NCBI GenBank assembly: GCA_964448115.1 | Contig: CAYUVA010000038.1 | Span: 1-46,729, forward strand | Direction of reading: 5' to 3' | DNA length: 46,729 bases | Source: an uncultured bacterium | GTDB lineage: Bacteria > CAYUVA01 | Shown here: in pieces, positions 10,280 through 19,300 of the stretch | Position numbering within the stretch: position 1 is the first letter of the stretch | Layout of the letters: every line of letters starts with the position of its first letter | The notes under the pieces: model-generated | The model's database searches: none | Seen by the model: only the letters and a program-made list of their open reading frames with translations | Told to the model about the DNA's origin: nothing | Translations under genes and position numbers: made by a program

Positions 10280-11238
10280 GGCTCTTTGTCGATCTCTGTC
10301 GCTGGCTGTACTGGTTCCCATTTCGCAAGCTGATCCAGGTTCTTCCTTATCCTGTTATTATCAGCATTGCCAAGGCCTTAGGTGCTTTCATCCATGCCCT
10401 TCACCGTCCCTTCAGACAAGTGGTAAATAATGAGCTAATCGCATTCCCAAGTCTGAACCTGGATGAAAAAATGCTGTCCCAGGCCACAAAAAAGGGATTG
10501 CAGCAAAAGATGCTCAGCCAATTCGAGACATTCCTATTCAAGAAGATGAATCGACAATGGGTGGAGAGATATACAAGAATAGATGGGCTTGAGCTACTCG
10601 ACCAGGCACTTGAAAAAGGCAAAGGAGCAATAATCCTCATCGCCCACTTCGGCGCTAACCAGATGATCATGCCCATGCTGGGGCATCGCGGATACAAGGT
10701 CAACCAGATCGGTGCCCAACCCGGAGACTTTCACAGGATCCATGGAATCAAGCCCTCGAAGATGGAACAAAGGATCTTCAATTTACGCAAGGCGCTAGAG
10801 GATGCGCTTCCAGCTCATATCCACCATATCAAGACCTCCATGCGCCCTGTCTTCAGAGCCTTGCATGCCGGCGAGATATTGATCATCGCCTACGAGGGTC
10901 GCGGGGGAGGCAAATGGATGCAAACCAGCATCCTAGGCAGAACGGCGAGTATCTCGGCAGGTCCATACTTCATAGCAAAAAGGACTGGTGCGCCCATACT
11001 TCCAGCCTTTCACCTTAGAGATGATAAGGGATGCAATCGGCTAATAATACACCAGCCAATCAAGATACCGATAGAGCTGGAGACCGACATATTCGATGGC
11101 AACCAGTGCCAATTCGCTTTGCTGCTGGGGGATTATATCCAGCATTACCCAGAGTATTATACACCGCTGCTTTACGAGGCTGCTCGGCGCCAAAAGATCG
11201 ATGATCCACCACTTTTCTCACGCAAAGACGCAAAGTAA
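10276..11238 (+). CDS. Lysophospholipid/lipid A (LpxL/HtrB-family) acyltransferase-like protein
   Basis: GKGAIILIAHFG and GPYFIAKRTGAPILP motifs. ATGA overlap with the epimerase stop. Confidence 0.75.
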   Translation: MRLFVDLCRWLYWFPFRKLIQVLPYPVIISIAKALGAFIHALHRPFRQVVNNELIAFPSLNLDEKMLSQATKKGLQQKMLSQFETFLFKKMNRQWVERYTRIDGLELLDQALEKGKGAIILIAHFGANQMIMPMLGHRGYKVNQIGAQPGDFHRIHGIKPSKMEQRIFNLRKALEDALPAHIHHIKTSMRPVFRALHAGEILIIAYEGRGGGKWMQTSILGRTASISAGPYFIAKRTGAPILPAFHLRDDKGCNRLIIHQPIKIPIELETDIFDGNQCQFALLLGDYIQHYPEYYTPLLYEAARRQKIDDPPLFSRKDAK

Positions 11239-11339
11239 AATGCGTGCTCATCTCTTTCCTCTTTGCGTCTTTGCGTCTTTGCGTGGTACTCTCTTTCTTT
11301 CCTTCTTTCCTATCCAGCTTCTCAGCGCCTTTGCGTGAG
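11218..11339. repeat. CGCAAAGA-type short palindromic repeat cluster between convergent genes (possible bidirectional terminator)
   Basis: CACGCAAAGACGCAAAG (11219-11235) is inverted to CTTTGCGTCTTTGCGTCTTTGCGTG (11261-11285). A third unit GCGCCTTTGCGTGAG lies at 11325-11339. Confidence 0.7.
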
Positions 11340-13532
11340 GCTCTCGCGGTCTTTGTCGCTCAGAGTTTCCAAGCCTTTATCCTCGCTTATGATCAGCACC
11401 AGGTCATCAAGACAGATCTTGATATTGGCTGCGAGTGCTAGTTGATCCTTCAGATCTGGACGAAGTTTCATCAGCTCCATGTAGGCATCGCTTAAGAACT
11501 TTATTTCCAGGGTCTTTTGGCTGCTGAGATCATCAGGGCACGAGGAATCGACCAGGAAATTATCTTTGGCATAGAAGATCTTTCCACCGGCGGCTCTGGC
11601 ATCTGGAGCCATTGCTTCCTCGGCTATATTTGCTCTCTTCATCCTGTCAAGTTGCTTGCTCATTTGCACGGCAGCCTTGCCTTTAGATTCTCCCATGGCG
11701 GGGGCTTGCGCTTTTAGCGGACCGGGTGCTCCGAAGCCATTGACGGAATATGCGTGATGTGCAACATCCATCCTTTGCGGTTGATCCTTCTCGGTTACCA
11801 GGTAAGCGGTGTATGGGGTCATTATGCCGTAGCGTTTCCCTAGATAAACCACCTCATCCTTTAGCTCCTTGGTCTCGCCGTGCAGCTTGATCTGCTCTAG
11901 CAGGAATCCGACCTTGCGATTTGCCCAAAGATTGGCGATGAAGTCATGGCGCTCTTGGAGCTTGGGGAATTTGCCCTCGAAGGTGAAACTTTTGGATTTG
12001 CCGGCAACCTTGCCGGTTAGCTTGACAGCGGTCGCTCCTGAGCCTTTATATCTGCCGGTGATGATAAGCTGGGAACCCTTGAACAGATCTGGCAGCCGGC
12101 TGGGATAAATGTCATAGGCATCGATCTTGCCGAAGTCCAGCTTCAGGTCGGTGAGCACTGGCTTGCTGACCTTGGTGTAGAAGGCTGAGACCTTTACCTC
12201 GATGTCTTCGTTAGGTTCAACATAAGTGCTTATGCCCTTATTTTCGACTGCCAGGCTATCGAGCAGATTAGTGTTCACATCATAACCGACCCCGAAGATG
12301 AAGAAGCGAGCTTGGTTCTTGCCGGGATCGTTTGTCTGAGCCACATTCTTTGTGATATTCGCCGTATTGGTCTCACCGACCGTTGCCTCGCCATCGGTGA
12401 GGAAGATCACCTGGTGGGTTCGCTGGTTATCGGGGAGTATCTTCAGCGCTTCAAGCAGCGCACCGTTGATATTGGTTCCGCCTCCAGCGTCCAGGCTTTC
12501 GATAAATTCAACGCCCTTGCTGATATTTTCAGCATCAGCCTTGGCCATCTCAGGCTTGAACAGGCGAACATCATTGGAAAAGGCGATTATATTGAAGGTG
12601 TCATCCTTGCTCAGCCCTTGCACGCCGAATTTAAGGGCGTTTTTAGCTTGTTCGATCTTCTCCCCGCGCATGGAGCCGGAGATATCGAGCACGAAGATGA
12701 TATCCTTGGGCTGTATCTCCCCCTCCTTGAGCTCGTACTGGGGGGTAATGGTACACAGGAAGAATCCATCCTCGTCCTTTGGATTGTAGGTCAGAAGCGA
12801 CAGCCCCATATCCTTGGCTGACAGGCTATATAGAAGCTGAAAGTGTTTATCTGCCCTGAAGTCTTTGGCTTCCAAGCCGATGCGGGCGCTCTTATCGCTT
12901 TTCCTGTTAACATCGACCTGGTGGCTGGGGCTGTAGATGGTCTTCAATGGGATGGAGCTATCGAGCCTTATATCCATACTGAACTGGCTGATCGGCTGCT
13001 GGAGCAGGTTCTGTATCTTCATGGGGAATGTATAGTTAATGAAGTCGCCATCGAGCTGGAGCGCCTGGGTGTAGCTGATCTCAATCTGCTTGTCCGAGTT
13101 AGGCTCTATGGGGAAGACGCGGGCGCGGAAGATGCCAGAGCCGATGTATTCAAGCAGAGCCGGGTCGCGCATGGAGCGCACGATATCCTCGTATATCTTG
13201 CGAGCCTTTTCGACCTCCATTAGCTCGCCCTTCACCCGCTCGCCGGCGATCCACATAACGAACTCATCGACCGCAGCACCGCGGGGAAGGGGGAAATAGT
13301 ATGTCCCTTCCAGCCTTCTATTGTGCGGATTATAGAAGACCTGCTTTATGGTGGTCTTTGCCACCTGTTCCTCGATCTCAACTGTTACAAAGACTGATTT
13401 CACGGTGAGTGGACTCTGCCGGGGAATATCCGGGATCGGTTGCGGGATTATGAACCCGATGCCGTAAGCGCTGCTGCTTAGCATTATTACGACAAGCGCC
13501 ATTAAAGCTATCCTAGATGCTCTTTTCATCAT
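11322..13532 (-). CDS. Secreted VIT (vault inter-alpha-trypsin) + von Willebrand A domain protein
   Basis: Signal peptide. VIT motif QVFYNP...EGTYYFPLP...A.KIYEDIV...DPALLE. vWA MIDAS DISGS, GGTNI, FLTDG, FGVGYDVN. AAGGAGG SD. Confidence 0.9.
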   Translation of the reverse strand: MMKRASRIALMALVVIMLSSSAYGIGFIIPQPIPDIPRQSPLTVKSVFVTVEIEEQVAKTTIKQVFYNPHNRRLEGTYYFPLPRGAAVDEFVMWIAGERVKGELMEVEKARKIYEDIVRSMRDPALLEYIGSGIFRARVFPIEPNSDKQIEISYTQALQLDGDFINYTFPMKIQNLLQQPISQFSMDIRLDSSIPLKTIYSPSHQVDVNRKSDKSARIGLEAKDFRADKHFQLLYSLSAKDMGLSLLTYNPKDEDGFFLCTITPQYELKEGEIQPKDIIFVLDISGSMRGEKIEQAKNALKFGVQGLSKDDTFNIIAFSNDVRLFKPEMAKADAENISKGVEFIESLDAGGGTNINGALLEALKILPDNQRTHQVIFLTDGEATVGETNTANITKNVAQTNDPGKNQARFFIFGVGYDVNTNLLDSLAVENKGISTYVEPNEDIEVKVSAFYTKVSKPVLTDLKLDFGKIDAYDIYPSRLPDLFKGSQLIITGRYKGSGATAVKLTGKVAGKSKSFTFEGKFPKLQERHDFIANLWANRKVGFLLEQIKLHGETKELKDEVVYLGKRYGIMTPYTAYLVTEKDQPQRMDVAHHAYSVNGFGAPGPLKAQAPAMGESKGKAAVQMSKQLDRMKRANIAEEAMAPDARAAGGKIFYAKDNFLVDSSCPDDLSSQKTLEIKFLSDAYMELMKLRPDLKDQLALAANIKICLDDLVLIISEDKGLETLSDKDRESLTQRR

Positions 13533-13644
13533 TGCCTCCTTAATGTTACATGCTGGTCATCAAGCCCTATTTGGGGGGCTGCTCGACGACCGGTTATCAT
13601 TGTCGAAGCCAGCAAAAAAAGTATGCGCGCAAAAATATCTTATG

Positions 13645-14793
13645 CTAATGGATCATCTCCAGGGAGATCTCCAGGTCAGCCTCTACAGGCTTCCCGGCAG
13701 CTCTTGCCGGCTCGAAGCGCCAGGTCTTGAACTGCTGGATCAACGCATTGCGCAGCGAGTATTCCAGGTTATAGCCCTTGTAGAATCTCCACCAGCTAAC
13801 CGCGCCGGCGCTATCGATCCCAAGCCGAATCGTGATCCTTTCCGGCAGCCGTTTCCTAGCTCGGTAGGCAATGCTGGTACCTGCCAGATCGGTGATCAGC
13901 AAGGGGGGTGAAACCTGCTGGGCATATTGTTCAACTGGTTTTATCTGGAGCGGCTTGTCTTGCTTAAATTCAAGCCTGACTAGCCCTATTCCCGCTGCTC
14001 CCCCGTGTTCAGGCGCTTCTGCCTTGAAAGTGCCTACCGCCCCTTGCATCTTAGCGCCAAGAGGTCCCGGCTCATCATCTGCGATGCTCCAGGCCAAAGA
14101 TGCAGTAAAGATAAAGGCAGGTTCCCTATCCGATGAGCGCTCCCAAGCCCCCTTGTGCGGGGCTTTTGCTTTGAATGTTTCTGCCTTCTTCCTGGCTGGT
14201 CTTGAAACATCGCTGGCGGGTGTTGGCGCCTCGGACAAGCTTGCATCAGCCATGGATGGTTTGGATTCGGGTCGTTGCCTGTTGGCTGCACTCTGCTGTT
14301 GTTTTTGTTGTGCTTGTCGCAGAAGTTCGAGCAGCGCCTGCCTTTGCTCTTCGGTCTGCCTGGGCTGCTTCTGAGCTATCTTTCCTCCTTTTGCCAAGAT
14401 CTCCTCCAGGCGCACCTTCTGTTCCTGGGGGAAAAGTTCCGGCGCCATCTGTTTTTGCTCCTTTTTAACCAGGAAAACCACAAGCACGGCGACGGTGCAA
14501 ACTACCAATGCGCTCAGGGTTACATAAGACGGACGCAGCAGCCTCCTGTATAAGGGGGGTGATTTCTCCATATCATCGATGCGGGTGATGACCTTGTCTT
14601 CAATGCTTGCAGGTGCTTCAAGGCTATCTAATCCCCTCAAGCCTTGAACCATATTATTTAGTTCATCGAGATACTTTTTGCACTCGGCGCATTCGTCCAG
14701 GTGCTTGCATATTTTTGCCACCTCTCGTTTGCTTGCCGTGTTATCTATATATGAACTAAGAAGCTCCCTGATGCTCAAACATTTCCCTTTCAT
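13645..14793 (-). CDS. Zinc-binding (zf-HC2/ZAS) transmembrane anti-sigma factor with a C-terminal TonB_C-like domain
   Basis: C..IRELLSSYID...HLDECAEC (Hx3Cx2C), one TM helix, Q/A/P-rich linker, C-terminal WRFEPA..GKPV. ATGA overlap with the ECF sigma gene. Confidence 0.8.
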   Translation of the reverse strand: MKGKCLSIRELLSSYIDNTASKREVAKICKHLDECAECKKYLDELNNMVQGLRGLDSLEAPASIEDKVITRIDDMEKSPPLYRRLLRPSYVTLSALVVCTVAVLVVFLVKKEQKQMAPELFPQEQKVRLEEILAKGGKIAQKQPRQTEEQRQALLELLRQAQQKQQQSAANRQRPESKPSMADASLSEAPTPASDVSRPARKKAETFKAKAPHKGAWERSSDREPAFIFTASLAWSIADDEPGPLGAKMQGAVGTFKAEAPEHGGAAGIGLVRLEFKQDKPLQIKPVEQYAQQVSPPLLITDLAGTSIAYRARKRLPERITIRLGIDSAGAVSWWRFYKGYNLEYSLRNALIQQFKTWRFEPARAAGKPVEADLEISLEMIH

Positions 14794-15383
14794 AGCCTCA
14801 CCCCCATCTTGGTCAGTATCTCCTTAAGCTCGTTTCTGGCTCTACTCAGCCTGCTTTTCACGGTGCCAGAGGGGAGCTGGAGCGCCTCCTCAAGCTCTTT
14901 GTACTCCATGCCCTGGATATCGCGCATGATTATGATAGCCCTGTATTCGTGGCTGAGCTTTTGCAGCGCCTGGTTTATATGGCTGGCGATCTGCTTGGCA
15001 TAAGCCTGGTCAGAGGGATCTGGGCTAGAGTTTGCCAGTTTATCCTTCAACGACCTGCTACCTTCGGACTCGTCATCGCCATTTAGCGAGTCGTGCAGCC
15101 TTGATTTATCGCTTCTGCGGTAGGTCAGGCACTGGTTCAGCGCGATTCGCCTTATCCAGGTGGCAAGCGAGGCTTCTTTCCTGAACTTGCGAAGCCCCTT
15201 ATAGATGTTTATCAATGTCTCCTGGGTGATATCCTCGGCAATGGCTGCATCGCCGGTCATGCGATAGGCTAGGTTGTATATGCTTGCCTGGTATCGCTGC
15301 ACGATGAGCCGAAACTTTCCCTTGTCCCCAGCCACGATATCGTTGATCAGTTGCGATTCATTGATCTCCTCTGTCTCGACCAT
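14790..15383 (-). CDS. ECF (sigma-70 group 4) RNA polymerase sigma factor
   Basis: Region 2 AEDITQETL...TWIRRIALN and region 4 GMEYKEL...GTVKSRLSRAR. The ATG at 15383 has an AAGGAG SD; the track's alternative start is 15512. Confidence 0.92.
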   Translation of the reverse strand: MVETEEINESQLINDIVAGDKGKFRLIVQRYQASIYNLAYRMTGDAAIAEDITQETLINIYKGLRKFRKEASLATWIRRIALNQCLTYRRSDKSRLHDSLNGDDESEGSRSLKDKLANSSPDPSDQAYAKQIASHINQALQKLSHEYRAIIIMRDIQGMEYKELEEALQLPSGTVKSRLSRARNELKEILTKMGVRL

Positions 15384-15526
15384 TAGAGATCTCCTTCCAT
15401 GAAAATCGACCGTTTGTTTCCAGCATAGAATATTATCAAATTTCTCTTTGCTAGGTAAGTAGTCTCCTTTTTTAGTACCTATGATCATTTTCTGTATTGC
15501 TATTTGGCTCATCTCGATAGTAATAG

Positions 15527-15551
15527 AGACAGTATGCAGTCAAAATGTTCC
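15527..15551 (-). promoter_or_regulatory. ECF-type (RpoE-like) promoter, probably autoregulatory
   Basis: Minus strand reads GGAAC-attttgactgcatact(16 bp)-GTCT upstream of the ECF sigma gene, matching the classic GGAAC-N16-GTC consensus. Confidence 0.7.
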
Positions 15552-15792
15552 AATAATTCTGTTGATGGTTGGCGGTTGATGCGCTGGGAAGGCTGCAAGA
15601 AGGGGATTGTTAATTGGCCAGACTTCTGGCAAGTTGAATGAGGATGTTAGCTATGAAAAGCAAAGACTTTATTCATCTTCCTCTTCTTTGGGTGTTCCAT
15701 AGAGATAGTGATCTATGTTTTTGGCTGCATCCCTGGGTAGTTTATCCCATTCCTGTTCGGGTATAGTAGCTAGGCTATTGATCTCTGTCAAA

Positions 15793-16332
15793 TTAGCGCA
15801 GGCTCTTGAGAAATCGCGCTGGCACCCCGCCATACAATGCGCCTGGCTCTACATCCCCTACTACTACAGCTCCAGCAGCTACAGCGGAACCGGGACCGAT
15901 GCTTATGCCCATAGCTATGGTTGCCCCGGTGGCGATGAAAGAGCCTTGCTTGATGGTTACCGGCGCTTGTGATGCAGGGAATTGTTTCTGCAGCGGATGT
16001 TCCGCATAGCCTACATTGATATGGGTCAGGATATTTACCCGCTCGGCGATGGTTACATGATCCTCCAGGATTATCCTGTCAGCCAGGTCAAGCAGGCAAT
16101 CGTTGCCAATAAAACAATTGTCGCCCATTACCAGGTTCTTGAAGCTCCCCCGATACAGGTTGAAAAGGCGAATGTCATGGATCACGCATCCTTTGCCAAT
16201 CTTTGCGCCGAGCAGCCTAAGCAGCCATATCCGCAGCGGAGAATAGGGCAGCAGACGAATCAGCATACAGAAAGGCTCTGTGTAAAGGTAACGCAATGCC
16301 TTGCGCCAACCGATTGCAGAAATGCTTCTCAC
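15793..16332 (-). CDS. Hexapeptide-repeat (left-handed beta-helix) acyltransferase, sugar O-acetyltransferase-like
   Basis: GAKIGKGCVI, MGDNCFIG, IGPGSAVAAGAVV, GGVPAR. Confidence 0.88.
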   Translation of the reverse strand: MRSISAIGWRKALRYLYTEPFCMLIRLLPYSPLRIWLLRLLGAKIGKGCVIHDIRLFNLYRGSFKNLVMGDNCFIGNDCLLDLADRIILEDHVTIAERVNILTHINVGYAEHPLQKQFPASQAPVTIKQGSFIATGATIAMGISIGPGSAVAAGAVVVGDVEPGALYGGVPARFLKSLR

Positions 16333-16381
16333 TACTCTATGCTTAAATTAAAGGTAATCTAAACTACTCTTGAAGCAACCA

Positions 16382-19300
16382 TTAATAGCAAAGCACACGG
16401 TAATTATCGAACCAGCTTCGGGTCTTGTAGGCTCTCAAACCGATAGCGCCGGTGGTGGGCAGATGACTGGTATCCTCGAACTGGTGCCACACGATAAGCT
16501 CATTAGGTGGCCGGTAGATTTGTACGAAGATGCTGGTAGCTATTACATCGATGATTATCTTGTAGCTCTGCCCAAGAGTGAGGGCGGTTATTGGCACGAA
16601 GCCTGTCTCTACTGGTTGGACATTTATCGGATCCCAGTATGCGTACCTGATGCGCCAGTCGATGCCGTTGCGGTTATCTACTTGTACCATATAGAATGTA
16701 TCATCCCCCATTCGCCTGAATACGAAGTATGGACCAAAGTGTCCGATACCGCTACTTGTCTGCTGGATTACGAAGTCGCACTCGATGCGGTAGTCAGTCC
16801 AAGCCTCGTTCCCTTCCCAGGCTCTAGCTGATCCGTTAGGAATATCGACCTGATAGACATAGTTTCCACCGGCATCTATTACCGTCCAGTTAGCATCCGG
16901 CTCCTCATCCCAGGCTGCTGGTGGACCGCTCTCGAAGTTATCGAAGAAGCACTGGGCAGCGGTCGGTGTCGGAGTCGGCGTATCCGCGCAGGTACTTGCA
17001 GTCAGCACCGCAAAATTATCGAAGTCAACGGCGCTGTTGCGATCTCGCAACCCTACACGCCCGGATAATGAAAGACCTGGATAGGGCGAGGTGAAGCTCT
17101 CACTATCGATCAGGTCGCCGCTCGATATATCTATCAAGCGTACCGAGAAAGCCTTTCCTTCAGCAGAGACGATCAACTTGTATGGGTATGCTGTATTTAT
17201 GCTGCCTGCTATCTGCTTGTTATGTTCCTGGAATAGGTTTCCATCCTTGAGGTATCCGAAGGTCAGGTACCAGACACCGCTGATGCGGATAAGCCCTGTT
17301 ATATAGCTGTTATTGAAATTTACCGCTCGGGTAACGATCTGCACCCCAGTCGTTCCCTCGTTGTATATCTGCGATATGCTAAAATCTACTTGCACCGTGT
17401 AGTCATCCCAGGAGGAGTTACCAACCAGGCTGAGGGCGGTGATGCCAGCTCCAGAATCTCCGACATATTTGCCGGACATCACGCTCCATTGAGTGGCAGG
17501 TGGCATCGGATCCCAGTTATCCGCATCGCCATCGTCGAAATCATCGGTCATGCAAATAACCAGCGTGGGCAGCGGTGTGGGAGTGGCAGTCGCTGTATTG
17601 GTTGGGAGGCTTGTATCGGTCGGTGTGGGTGTTTGGGTCGGCGTCGCCGTGCTGGTAAAGGCTACCGTTGTGGTGGATGTCGGCGTAACCGTCGGCGTGC
17701 TGGTCGGCGTCTCCCAAGGAGTATCTGGGCATCGAACCCTAACCGACTCGAAGTGCGACCTGCCGTTCTTGACATAGAAGCCTATGCTGCCCTGCCTTGA
17801 AGCATCCGGGATGGTGGCGGATAACTGAGCCAGCAGGGTTGTTGTGTTAATATCGAAGATGTTATAGGTAACCCGGTTGGCATCGATTATCACCTGGTTG
17901 AAGTATCCGGTTGCGCCGTTTATAGCTCCTGTAACATCGATCCTATCCCCGATCTCGTTGAAGGTACCATCATAATATACCAGGCGCAGGTACTTTTTCG
18001 GTCCCTCTCTTAGTACCTGTGCCATGTAGAAGTCGTTCGGGCCAAGGGCTTTGAATGCGAAGCCGGTATAGTTATACTGGCTGGTATCCAGATCAGCGAA
18101 ACTGGCATAGGCTTCGATTGTTATGTCATTCCATGTGGGATCCCCAGCGAATGTAACCGCCCCGAACATGTCGTTACTGTTGCCGATGTACTCGAAGTAT
18201 GGACCCACGAACTCGACCCACCACTCCTCATCGCTGAACTCGATCCAACCAGCAGCGTCCCCGTCCTCGAAGTTATCCTCGAAGCAGACCGGCATGGTAG
18301 GTGTTGGGGTATTAGTTGGCGTCAGAGTCGGCGTGGCGGTATCAGCCTGTGTATTTGTCGGAATAGTTGTAGGTGTATTTGTCGGCGTGGCGGTATCGGT
18401 CGGCTCCGGCGTCATGGTCGCAGTTGCAGTGGGAGTATTCTCCATCGGATAGCAGTGAACCAACAGGTTATCGAAGTAAACCGTGCTCCTGAAGACCCTG
18501 AAGCCTATGTTTCCTGTGGAATTTAGGTAACCCTCTATAAGTCCGTGCAGGTAACCGATGAGATTATAAGCACTGTCGAATAGCTCCATCTGGACAACAT
18601 CACCATAGACCATCACCCTGAGGATATAGATGGTATCAAGCTCCAATGCTTGGCTCAGTTGGGTTCTATATTCCGGCAAGGAGTGATAGCCACTGCCGGT
18701 AACGAAGCCGAAGCGCAGATACCAGATACCATCTTCATTATGGATATTGGGGTAGAAGTAGTCACTGAATCCCCTCGCTCTTACTGCTACTCCCATTCCA
18801 TGTCTATTGAAATGAGCCTCATGGAGCACGAACATGGTCTCAATGGAATAATTCTCCCAATCCTCGGAGCCAACCAAGATTGTAGAGCTATCCCTCGGGG
18901 TTCCACCAGCGTTGCTATTTCCCTCTAGCACATAAGTGAATGGGTTTCTGAATCTCACTTGCCACTTATCGAGGTGCTCCAATCCCCACCCATCCACATT
19001 ATCATTTGGTGGCTCGAAGGTGGTGGCGAGACAGACATCGGTCGGCGTCGGCTCGATAGTGGGAGTCGGCGTATATGAATAGGTGAACTCTGGCGTGTTT
19101 GTCGGTGTCCAGGTTGGAACCGTTGTCCTAGTAGCGGTCGGCGTCCTGGTGGGAGTTACCGACCAGGTCGGAGACGGCGTCCAGGTCGGATTGGGAACCA
19201 CCATATACATCGGGCAGCTACCGCTCTCACCGGTCATCGGAATACTATAGTACATCCTGAAGTCAATGCGCGTGCAATACATGGAGTCGCCGCCATAGAC

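Noticed and set aside
15384-15512. 43-aa N-terminal extension of the ECF sigma factor
   Set aside because: The ATG at 15383 has a strong SD and gives normal ECF length. The 15512 start lies only a few bases from the predicted TSS, so it is not excluded but is less likely.
16385-19033. Tandem lectin-like domains as targets of a diversity-generating retroelement or shufflon
   Set aside because: No near-identical template/variable repeat pair, reverse transcriptase, recombinase or flanking inversion sites seen; the copies are deeply diverged.
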